Of a stretch of 64,000 nucleotides of DNA, positions 1-12,235 are shown piece after piece. Each line of letters starts with the position of its first letter. The stretch's first letter is position 1. The notes under the pieces are model-generated. The model saw only the letters and a program-made list of their open reading frames with translations. It did no database searches and was not told where the DNA came from. This stretch comes from the human T2T-CHM13v2.0 reference genome, Homo sapiens. The translations under genes and the position numbers were made by a program. The stretch lies in the NCBI RefSeq assembly GCF_009914755.1, contig NC_060933.1. One strand, given 5' to 3'.

Positions 1-3000
1 CAACCTCTTTTCTTTATGTACATGCAGAAAATCAATGCTGTGAAGTGAAGCTATGAAATGCCTTCAAGGCCTTTTCCCCAATCTTTTGGCTGTTAGCACT
101 GGGCTTCTTTGATGCTAATATCTGAAGCCTTCTTGAAGTTTTCCCCTGATAATGGACTTTTCTTCTTTTACCACATTGCCAGGCTGTGACAAAGATAGCT
201 GAAAATGTAGAAGCAGGTTCAGAATTCAGTAATGGCCAGAGGTTAGAGCGTTTGGAGAGCTTGGAAGAAGACAGGAAGATGAGGGAAAGTTTGGACCATT
301 GTAATGACTTGTTAGTTGTGATTAAAAGGCTGACAGAAGGATGGACAGTGAAGGCCAGGCTTAGAAGGTCTCAGATGAAAATGAGAAACTTACTGGGAAC
401 AGGGGCCAAGGTTTTGTTGTTTTGCCTTAGCAAAGAATTTGGCTGCACAGTGTCCCTGCTCTGGAGATCTGGGAAACTTTGAACTTGAGGGTGAAGATTT
501 AGGGTCTATCTGGTGGAATGAACTTCTAAGCAGCAAAGCTCAAGAGTTGTCCTGCCTACGTCGAACAGCCTGTGGTATTATGTGTGACCAAAGAAATGAC
601 CTTGAGTTGAAACTTATATTTAAATGAGAAGCAGAGCTTAATCCTTTGGAAAATTTGCAACCTGGCAAAGTGGTCAAAAAGAAAAGCTGAATTTCAGGGA
701 GAAAATTCCAGAAGCCTTTGGATATTTGCATAAAAAAGGAGCCCAGTGCTAATAATTCAAGACAATGGGAAAAAAGGCCTCGAAGACATTTCAAAGACCT
801 TTGTAGCAGCCCTTGTTGTCACTGGCCCTGGGGCTTAGGAAAAAAGAATGTTTTTTCTGGGCCAGCCCTATGGCCCCACTGCTATGTGCAGCCTCAGGAC
901 ACTGCTGCCTGCACCCCTACACCTTCATCTCCAGCTCCAGCCATGGCTGAAAGATGCACAGGTACAGCTTGGGTCACTGCTTCAGGGGTGCAAGCTCCAA
1001 GTCTTTGTGGCTTCCACATAGTGTTAAGCCAGCAGGTGCACACAGCACAAAACTAGAGGCTTGGGAGCCTTTGTCTAGACTCCAGAACATGTATGGGAAA
1101 GCCTGGGTGTCCAGGCAGAAGCTTTTCCAACAGGCAGAGCCTCATGGTAAACCTCTACTCGGGCATTGCAGAACAAGCATATAGGGTTGGAGCCCCCATA
1201 CAGGGAGGTGCCATTTTCCAGACCCCAGATTCATAGACCCAGCAACAGCTTGCACTCTTAGTGTTGAAAAGCTGTTGGCACTCAACAGCAGCCCAGCCAT
1301 TGAGGGCAGCTTTGGGGAAAGACCCTGCCATGCCACAGGTGCTGAGCTGCCCAAAGCCTTGGGAGCCCAGCCATCTCACCACCCTGTGGTCTGGATGTGA
1401 GACGTAGTTTCAAAAAAGATTATTTGGAGCTGTAGGATAGAATGAATGGCCTGCTAGGTTTTTGACTTGCATGGAGTCTGTAAGTCCCATCTGTGTTTTG
1501 CACTTCTTTCTGGCAAATTTCTTCTTTTTGTCTGGGAATGCTTACCCAATGCCTGGACAAGCATTATACCTTGGAAGTAGTTAACTTGCTTTGTATTTCA
1601 GAGGCTTAGGGATAGAAGGGACTGTAGCCTTGTCTCAGATGAGACTTTGGGCTTTGGACATTTGAGTAAATGCTGGGATGAGTTAAGACTTTGTGGGGCT
1701 GTAGAGAAGGCATCATTGTATCTTGCAGTGTGAGAAGGACATGAGATTTGGGGGGCCAGGGGCAGAATAATATGATTTGGCTCTGTGCCTCTACCAAAAC
1801 TCATGTGTAATTGTAATGGGGAATGTTAAAGCTGGGGCTTGGTGGAAGGTGATTTATTCATGGTGGACAGTGGGAGTTGGAAGTGTGGGTGTGATAAGAA
1901 TGGGGGTTCATGGTGGGGGTGGTCGTGAAACATGGAGACAGGGGCAGATCCTTCACAAATGGTTAAACACTATCTCCTTAATCCTGTCTGTGTGATAGTG
2001 AGTTCTCATGATAAATGAATACTCTCCTGCTGGCTTCTGGGCTTGCATTGGGCCTGTGTCCCAATTGTGTTATTTTTCTGGGAAAATCTTCCCTTTGGAT
2101 TGAGAAAGCTTACCCATCACTGTAACTTGAAAGTAACTTGAAAGAAAAGAACGCCCATTTCCCTTCAGGGACTCATAGGCAGAAGGGACTGCAGCATTGT
2201 CCTGGATGAAGCTTGAACTTATTACATTTGAGTTACTGCTGGAATGAGTTAAGACTTTTGGAAACTTTTCAAAAGGCACGTTTGTATTTTGCTCTGTGAG
2301 AAGGACATGAGATTAGGGGGTCTCAGGGTCAGAATAATATGGTTTGGCTGTGTTTACCTACAAAAACTCATGGGGAATTGTGCTCCCGAATGTTGGAAGT
2401 GCAGCCTGGTGGGAGGTGATTGAACCATAAATGGGAGATTGGTGGGGGTGGAAGGAAAAACAAGTGTGTAGGGTCGGGAGGTGTAGGCTGGCAGTAGGGT
2501 GGTGGGAGGGTGGTGGGTAGTAGGAAGGGGGAGTAGCCTCCTGCAGAGGCAGAGGCTCATGGAAAACCTCTACTAGGAAGTGCACCTGTGGCTTTGCAGG
2601 ATTTAGCCCCATGGCTGCTCTCATGGGCTGGCCTGTTCTTGTGTGCCTGTAGCTTTTCCACACTGAGAATGTGAGGTGTTGGTGGGTCTATGAATCTGGG
2701 GTCTGGAGGATGGTGGCCTCCTGCATGGGGGCTCCAAGCCCATATTTTCCTTCTGCACTGCCCTCGTAAGGTTTTGCAAGAGGCTCTGCCTCTGCAACAG
2801 GCTTCTGCCTGGAAACAGTGGGGGGTGGGGGGGTGGTAGGGGGTGGATCTTTCACCAATGGTTAAACACCATCTTCTTGATGCTGACCTTGTGATACTGA
2901 GTTCCAATGAGATCTCATTGTATAACGGTGTGGAACCTTCTCCTCTCTCTGTCTTGCTCCTACTTCTGCCATATAAAATAGCCCATTGCTGCTTGGTCTT

Positions 3001-6000
3001 CTGGTATGATTGGGAGGCTTCCTGATTCCTCCTAGGAGCAGGAGCCTCTATGATTCCTTTAAAGCCTGCAGAGCCATGAGCCAGTTCAACATCTTTTCTT
3101 TATGATCTTACAGAAAATTAGTGCTCTGAAGTGGAGGTATGAAATGCCTTCAAGGTCTTTTCCTTCTTGTCTTGGTAATCAGCTCTCAGCTTCTTTTCAT
3201 GCAAATATCTGTAGCCTGCATGAATTTTCCCCCCGTAAATGGACTTTTCTTCTTTTACCACACTGACAGGCTGCAACAAAGAGAGCTGAAAATGTAGAAG
3301 CAGGTTGAGAATTGTGTAACAGCCAGAGGTTGGAGAGTTTGGAGGACTTGGAAGAAGACAGGAAGATGAGGGAAAGTCTGGACCATTGTAGAGACTTGTT
3401 AAATAGTTATAATTAAAAGGGTGACAGAAGGATGGACAGTAAAGGCCAGGCTTAGAAGGTCTCAGATGAAAATGAGGAGTTTACTGGGAACAGGAGCCAA
3501 GGTTACATTTGTTTTGCTTTAGCAAAGAATGTCACTGCATGATGCCCCTAACCTGGAGATCTGTGAAACTTTGAACTTGAGGGTGATGTTTCGGGTGTAT
3601 CCAGCAGAATGAACTTTTGGCAGCAAAGCTCAAGAGGTGTCCTGTCTGTGTCCTGGTCTTCTGTGTGACCAAATAAATGACCTCAGTTAGAAACATATTT
3701 AAATGAGAAGCAGAGCTTAAAAGTTTGAAAAATTTGCAGCCTGGTCAAGTGGTCAAAAAGAAAAGCTGATTTTCAGTGGGAAAATTCAAGACAGCTTCAG
3801 AAGCTTGCATAAAATGGAGCCCAGTGCTAATAGCCAAGACAACAGGGAAAAGGCCTTGAAGGCATTTCAGAGACCTTTGCAGCAGCCCTTGCTGTACAGG
3901 CCCTGAAGCCTAGGACAGAAGAATGGTTTTCTAGGACAGAATGGTTTCCTGGCCCAGCCCCATGGTCCCCTGCTGTGTGTAGCCTCAGGACACTGCTGCC
4001 TACATCCCTGTAGCTCCTGCTGCAGCCATGGCTGAAAGATGCACAGGTACAGCTTGGGTCACTGCTTCAGGGGTGCAAGCTCCAAGCCTTGGTGGCTTCC
4101 ACATAGTGTTAAGTCAGCAGGTGCACAGAGCACAAGACTAGAAACTTTGGAGTCTTCATCTTCTAGACTCCAGAGAATGTATGGAAAATCCTGGGTTTCC
4201 AGGCGAAGCTTTTCCAACAGACAGAGCCTCATGGTAAACCTCTACAAGGATGGTATAGAAGGAACATATATGGTGGGAGCCCCCACACTGGGAGGCACCA
4301 TTTTCCAGACCCCAGATTCATAGACCCACCAACAGCTTGCACCCTTAGTGTTAAAAAGCTGCTGGCACTCAACAGCAGCCCAGCCCATGAGGGCAGCTTT
4401 GGGGAAAGACCTTGCCATACCACAGGTGCTGAGCTGCCCAAGGCTTTGGGAGACCAGCCATCAAACCACCCTCTGCTCTGGATGTGGGATGTAGATTCAA
4501 AAAATATGACATGGAGCTCTATGATGGAATGATTGGCCTGCTGGGTTTTTGACTTGCGTGGGGTCTGTAAGTCCCATCTGTGTTTTGTGCTTCTTTCCGG
4601 CAAATTTCTTCCTTTTGGCTGAGAATGCTTACCCAATGGCTGGACAAGCATTGTACCTTGAAAGTAGTTAACTTGCTTTGTATTTCAGAGGCTCAGGGAT
4701 AGAAGGGACTGCAGCCTTGTCTCAGATGAGACTTTGGGCTTTGGACATTTGAGTAAATGCTGGAATGAGTTAAGACTTTGGGGGACTGTAGAGAAGGCAT
4801 CACTGTATTTTGCAAAGTGAAAGTAACATGAGATTTGGAAGGCCAGGGGCAGAACAATAGGATTTGTCTCTGTGCCCCAACCAAAACTCATGTAGAATTG
4901 TGATGGGGAATGTTAAAAGTGGTGCTTGGTAGATGGTGATTTAATCATGGCGGAGAGTAGGGATTGGAAGTGAGGGTGTGGTAAGTTTGGGGGGTTTATG
5001 CTGGGGGTGGGGGTGAAAGATGGGGCTGGGGGGGCAGATCTTTCACAAATGGTTAAACAGTATCTCCTTAATGCTGTCTGTGTGAAAGTGAGTTCTCGTG
5101 ATGAATGCGTACATACTCTCCTGGCTTTTGGGCTTGCATTGGACCTGTGTCCCAGTTGTGTTATTTTTCTGGAAAATTTCTTCCCATTGGACTGAGAAAG
5201 CTTACCCGATGCCTGTACCATCATTATGTCATGAAAGAGAAGCACTCCCTTTTACATTCAGGGACTCAGAAGCAGAAGGGACTGCAGCCTCGTGTTGGAT
5301 GAGACTTTAATCTTTTTACATTTGAGTTACTGCTGGAATGAGTTAAGACTTTTGGAAACTTCTGAAAAGGCTTGTTTGTATTTTACTCTGTGAGAAGGAC
5401 ATGAGATTCAGGGGTGTCAGGGTCAGAGTAATATGGTTTGGTGGTGTTTTCCTACAAAAGATCATGGGAAATTGTATTCCTGAATGTTGGAGGTGGGGCC
5501 TGGTGGGAGCTGATTGAATCATGGATGGGAGGGGGTTGCGGGTAGAAGGAAAAAGAAGTGGGTAGGGTGGGGAGGAGTAGGTTGGCAGTAAACTGTGAGA
5601 GGGTGGTGGGTGGTAGGATGTGGGAGTAGCCTCCTGCAGAGGCAGAGCCTCATGGAAAACCTCTACTAGGGCGGTGCACCTGTGGCTTTGCAGGGTTTAG
5701 TCCCTTGGTGGCTCTCATGGGCTGGGCTGGTGTTGAGTGCCTGTAGCTTTTCCATACTGAGGGTGCGAGCTGTTGGTGGGTCTATAAATCTGGGGTCTGG
5801 AGGATGGTAACCTCCTGTGTGGGGGCTCCAAGCCCATATTTTCCTTCTGCACTGCCCTAGTAGAGGTTTTCCAAGAGGCTCTGGCTCTGCAACAGGCTTC
5901 TACCTGGAAACAGTGGTGGGGTGGGGGAGTTGGGGGGGACAGATCTTTCACCAATGATTAAGCATCATCTTCTTGATGCTGATTTTGTCATAGTGAGTTG

Positions 6001-9000
6001 TCATGAGATCTGGTTGTATAACAGGGTGTGATACCTCTTTCCTCCTTCTGTCTTGCTCCTACTTCTACCATATGAAACATCCCATTGCCACTTGTTCTTC
6101 TGGTATGATTGGGAGGCTTCCTGATTCCTCCCAGAAGCAGAGGCCTCTATGATTCCTTTAAAGCCTGCAGAACCATGAGCCAGTTCAACCTCTTTTCTTT
6201 ATGATCTTACAGAAAATTGGTGCTTGGAAGTGGAGCTATGAAATGCCTTCAAAGCCTTTTTCTTATTGTCTTGGCAATCAGCACTCAGCTTCTCTTCATG
6301 CAGATATCGGATCCCTTTGTGAATTTTTCCCCTGAAAATGGACATTTCTTCTTTTTACCGCATTGATAGGCTGCAATAAGGATGGATGAAAATGTAAAAG
6401 CAGGATCACAATAGGGTAACAGCCAGAGGTTGGAAAGTTTGGAGGCCTTGGAAGAAGTCAGGAAGATGAAGGGAAGTTTTGACCATTGTAGAGACTCATT
6501 AAATTGTTATAATTAAAAGGGTGACAGAAGGATGGACAGTGAAGGCCAGGCTTACAAGGTCTCAGATGAAAATGAGGAATTTACTGAAAAGAGGAGCCAA
6601 GGTTACTTTGGTTTTGCCTTAGCAAAGAACGTCGCTGCATGATGCCCCTAACCTGGAGACCTATGAAACTTTGAACTTGAGGGTGATGATTTCGGGTATA
6701 TCTAAATCATAGGGTGTATCTAAATCATAGGCGTGAACTTCTGGCAGCAAAGCTCAAGAGGTATCCTGTCTGTGTCCAAAAGCCTGTGGTCTTCGGTGTG
6801 ACCAAATAAATGACCTCAAGTAGAAACATATTTAAACGAGAAGCAGAACTTAAAAGTTTGGAAAATTTGCAGCCTGGCCAAGTGGTCAAAAAGAAAACCT
6901 GATTTTCGTGGGAAAATCTAAGAGAGCTTCAGAAATTTGTATAAAATGGAGTCCAGTGCTAATAGCCAAGACAATGGGAAAAAGGCCTTGAAGGCATTTC
7001 AGAGACCTTTGCAGCAGCCCTTGCTGTCACAGGCCCTAAGGCCTGAGAGAGAAGAATGTTCTCCTGGGCCAGCTGCAAGGCTCCACTGCTGTGCTCAGCC
7101 ACAGCACACTGCTGCCTGCATCCCTGCAGCTCCAGCTCCAGCCATGGCTGAAAGATGCACAGGCACAGCTTGGGTCACTGCTTCAGGGGTACAAGATGCA
7201 AGCCTTGGTGGCTTCTACATAGTGTTAAGCCAGCAGGTGCACAGAGCAAAAGAGGAGAGCCTTGGGAGCCTTCGTCTAGACCCCAGAGCATGTACAGAAA
7301 AACCTGGGTTTCCAGGCGGAAGCTTTTCCAAGAGGCAGACCCTCCATGGGAAAGCTTTTCTAGGGCATTACAGAAGGAACATATAGAGTTGGAACCCCCA
7401 CACATGGAGGCACCATTCTGCAAACCCAGATTCATAGACCTACCAACAGCTTGCACCCTCAGTGTGGAAAGCTACAAGTGCTCAACACTAGCCCAGCCCA
7501 TGAGGGCAGCTGTGGGGGAAAGACCCTGCAAAGCCACAGGTGCAGAGCTACCCAAGGCCTTGGGAGCCCAGCCATCACACCCCTGTGTTCTGGATGTGGG
7601 ATTTGGATTGAAAAGTGATGATTGGAGCTGTACAATGGAATGACTGGCCTGCTGGGTTTTTGACTTGCATCAGATCTGTAAGTCTCATCTGTATTTTGTG
7701 CTTCTTTCTGGCAAAGTTTTTTCTTTTGGCTGGGAATTCATACCCAATGCCTGTACAATCATGGTACCTTGAAAGTAATTAACTTACTTTGTATTTCAGA
7801 GGCTCAGAGGCAGAAGGGACTGCAGCCTTGTGTCAGATAAGACTTTGGGCTTTGGATATTCAGTAAAGGCTGGAATGACTTAAGATTTTGGGGGACTGTA
7901 GAGAAGGCATCATTGTATTTTGCAGTGTGTCAAAGATATGAGATTTGGGGGAACTAGGGTCAGAATAATATGATTTGGTTCTGTGTCCCTACCGATACTC
8001 ACGTGGAATTGTAATGGGGAATATGAAAGTTGGGACCTGGTGGAAGGTGATTTAATCATGGTGAAGCATGGGTGTTGGAGGTACGGGTGTGGGGAGAATG
8101 GTGGAGATTATTTTGGGGGTGGGGTCGAAAGATGAGGATGGGGATGGATCCTTTACAAATGGTTAAACACTATCTCCTTAATGCTGTCTGCATGATAGTG
8201 AGTTCTCTTGATGATTATGGAGCTTTAAGATTGAGTGAATACTGTCCTCCTGGGCTTGGACTTGCATTTGTGTTATTTTTCGGGGAAATTTATTCCCTTT
8301 GGATTGAGAAATCTTACCCAATGCCTGTACCATCATTGCACCTTGAAAGAAAAGAAATCCCTTTTGAATTCAGGGACTCATAGGCAGAAGAGAAGGTAGC
8401 CTTGTCTCAGATGAGACTTTGAAGTTTTTACATTTGGAATGAATTAAGACTTTGGAAAATTTTGACAAGGCATGATTGTATTTTGCTCTGTGAGAAAAAC
8501 ATGAGATTCTGGGGTATCAGGGTCAGAATAATATGGTTTGGCTGTGTGTCCCTGTGAAACTCATGTGGAATTGTAATCCCAAATGCTGAAGGTGGGGCCT
8601 AGGGGAGGGGATTTAATCATGGATGGGAGGGAGTTGGGGGTGGAAGGAGAAAGGGTGGGTAGGGTGGGGAGGAATGGGTTGGCTGTAGGGTGATGGGAGG
8701 GTGGTGGGTAGTAGGAAGGGGGAGTAACCTGCTGCAGAGGCAGTGGTTCATGGAAAACCTCTACTAGGACAGTGCACCTGTGACTTTACAGGGTTTAGCC
8801 CCTGTGGCTGCTCTCATGGGGTGGGCCGGTGTTGACTACCCATAGCTTTTTCACACTGAGGGTGTGAGCTGTTGGTGGGTCTATGAATCTGGGGTCTGGA
8901 GGTTGGTGGCCATCTGCGTGGGGGCTCCAAGCCCATATTTTCCTTCCACACTTCCCTAGTAGACGTTTTCCAAGAGGATCTGCCTCTACATCAGGCTTCT

Positions 9001-12000
9001 GCCTGGAAACAGTGGGAGTTGGGGGTGGGGGGCAAATCCTTCACCAATGGTTAAGCACCATCTTTTTGATGCTGACCTTGTGAGTTCTCATGAGATCCGC
9101 TTGTATAATAGGGCATGGCACCTCTTTCCTCTCTCTGTCTTGCTCCTACTCCTGCCACGTGAATCATCCCATTGCCCCTTGACATTCTGGTACGATTGGG
9201 AGGCTTCCTGAGTCCTCCCAGATTCAGAAGCCAGTATGTTTCCTTACAGCCTGCAGAATCATGAGGTTCTTTATGATCATAGAGAAAATTAGTACTGGGA
9301 AGTGGATGTCTTCAAGACCTTTTCCCTATTGTCTTGGCAATCAGCACTCTGCTTCTTTTCATTCAAGTATCTGAGACCTTCTTGAATTTTCTCCCTGAAA
9401 ATGGACTTGTCTTCCTTTACCACATTGCCAGGCTGCGACAAAGATAGCTGATAATGTAGAAGCAGTTTCAGAAGGGGGTGACAGACAGAGACCAGGAGAG
9501 TTTGGAGGGCTTCGAAGACAGGAAAATGAGGAAAAGTTTGGATCTTTGTAAAGAATTGTTAACTACTTGTGATCAGAAGGCTAACAGGAAAATGGTCAGT
9601 GAAAACCAGACTTGGAAGGTCTCAGATAATAATGAGGAACTTACTGGGAACAGAAGCCAAGGTTACTTTTGTTTTGCTGTAGCAAAGAACATGGCTGCAT
9701 GGTGACCCTGCCCTGGAGATCTGTGAAACTTTAAACTTGAAGGTGATGACTTAGTGCATATCTGGTGGAATGAACTTCTAGGAAGCAAAGCTCAAGAGGT
9801 GTCTTGTCTGCATCGAACAGCCTGTGCTGTGATGTGTGACTGCGAAAATGACCTCTGGATGGGACTTATATTAAATGAGTCCCAACTCTTACATTAAATG
9901 AGAAACAGGACTCAAAAGTTTGGAAAATTTGCAGCCTGGCCAAGTGGTCAAAAAGAAAAGCTGAATTTCAGGGGAAAAATTCAGGAAGGCTTCAGAAACT
10001 TGCATGAAAAGGAGCCCAGTGCTAATAGCCAAGACAATAGGGAAAAGCCCTTGACGGCATTTTGGAGACCTTTGCAGCAGCCCTTGCTGTCACAGGCCCT
10101 GGGACCTAGGAGAGAAGAATGGTTTCTTGGGCCAGTCCTGTGGCTCCGCTCTATGTGCAGCCTCAGGGCACTGCTGCCTGCGTCCCTGCAGCTCCAGCTC
10201 CAGCCATGGCTGAAAATGCACAGATGCAGCTTGGGTCACTGCTTCAGAGGGTGCAAGCTAGAAGCCTTGGTAATTTCCTCATAGTGTTAAGCCACTAGGT
10301 GGATGGATCATGAGACTAGAGGCTTGGGAGCCTCTCTGTAGACTTTGGAAGATGTATGGAAATGCCTAGGTGACCAGATAAAAGCATCCCAAAAATGCAG
10401 AGCCTCATAAGAAACCTCTACTAGGGCAGTGCAGAAGGAAAATATGGCATTGGAGCCCCCACACTGGAGGCCACCATCATGCAGACCCCAGATTCATAGA
10501 CCCACCAACAGCTTGTACCATCAGTCAGGAAAAGCTATAGGCACTCCACACCCGCCCAGCCCATGGGGGCAGCTGTGGGGCATAAACCCTGCAAAGCCAC
10601 AGGTGCAGGGCTGCCCAAGGCCTTCAGAGCCCAGCCCTCATGTCCCTGTGCCCTGGATGTGGGACAACGTTTCAAAAAGGGTGATTTTGGAACTGTAGGA
10701 TTGAATGACTGGCCTTCTGGGTTTGGAGTTTCATGGGGCCTGTAAGACCTGTATGTGTTTTGTTCTTTCTGGCAAAATTCTTCCTTTCAGTTGAGAATGC
10801 TTACCCATTGCCTGCAGAAGCATTGTACCTTGGAAGTAGTTAACTTGCTTTATAGTTCAGAGGCTCTTGTACCTAAGGGACTGTAGCCTTGTGTCAGATG
10901 AGACTTTAAGCTTTGGACATTTGTATAAATGCTGGAATGATACAAGATTTGGGGGACTGTAGGGAAGGCATCATTATATTTTGCAATGTGAGAAGGACAT
11001 GAGATTTGGGAGCCAGGGACAGAATAATAAAGTTAAAGGTGGGGCCTGGTGGAGGGTGATTTAATCATGGTGGAGAGTGAGGGTTGGAAGGTGGGGGGTA
11101 GGGAGAATGAGGGGATTATGGTGGGGGTGAGGGGTGAAAAGTGGTGGTGGGGGGGTGGATCCTTCACAAATGATTAAACACCATCTCCTTATTGCTGTGC
11201 TTATGCTAGTGAGTTCTCTTCGTGATTTTGGAGCTGTGAGATTGAATGGATACTGGCCTCCTGGGTTTTGGACTTGCATTGGGTGTGTGGTTCTATTTGT
11301 GGTTTTTTCCTGGGAAATTTCTTCCCTTTGAATTGAGAAAGCTTACCCAATGCCTGTACCATCATTGTACCCTGAAAGAAAAGAACATCCTTTTAAATTC
11401 AGGGACTCATAGGTGAAAGGGACTGTAGACTTGTCTCAGATGAGATGTTGAAGTTTTTACATTTGAGTTAATGCTGGAATGAGTTAAGACTTTTGGAAAC
11501 TTTTGACAAGGCATGAATGTATTTTGCTCTGTGAGAAGGACATGAGATTCTGGGGTATCAGGGTCAGAATAATATGGTTTGGCTGTGTTTCTTTTCCAAA
11601 ACTCCTGTGGAATGTACTCCTTAATGTTGGAGGTGGGGCCTGGTGGGAGGTGATTTAATCATGGCAGGAGGAGGTTGGGGTTGGAAGGAAAAGGGGTGGG
11701 TAGTGTGGGAAGTAGGTTGGCAGTAGGGTGGTGGGAGGGTGGTGGGTAGTAGGAAGGGGGAGTAGTCTGCTTCAGAGGCAGAGGCTCATGGGAAACCTCT
11801 GCTAGGGCAGTGCACCTGCAGCGTTGCAGGCTTCAGCCCCCATGTCTTCTCTCATGGGCTAGGCTGGTGTGGAGTGCGTATAGCTTTTCCATACTGAGGG
11901 TGTGAACTGTTGGTGGGCTTATGAATCTGGGGTCTGGAGGATGGTGACCTCCTGTGTGGGGGCTCCAAGCCCATATTTCCCTTCTGCACTGCCATGGTAG

Positions 12001-12235
12001 AAGTTTCCCAAGAGTCTCTGCCTCTGCAGGAGGCTTCTGCCTGCAAACAGTGGGCGGTGGTGTGGGTGGTGGTTCCTTCACCAATGGTTAATCTTCTTGA
12101 TGCTGATCTCCTGATAGTGAGTTCTTATGAGATCTGGTTGTATAACAGGATGTGGCACCTCCTTTCTCTCTCTGTCTTGCTCCTACTTCTGCCATATGAA
12201 ATATCTCATTGTCGCTTGGCCTTCTGGTATGGTTA
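1..12235 (+). repeat. Tandem array of four ~3.09-kb units, each a rearranged MaLR (MSTA-like LTR + internal) element; array may extend left of the window
   Basis: Equivalent unit starts at 1, 3087, 6186 and ~9262 (caacctcttttctttatg...cagaaaatt...gaagtgga). LTR text (atatggtttggctgtgt...ggtggggcctggtgggaggtgatt...gcctgcagaaccatgagcc) and internal text (tcagatgaaaatgagga, gagactttgggctttggac) match the MST/THE1 MaLR consensus as recalled. Confidence 0.9.
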
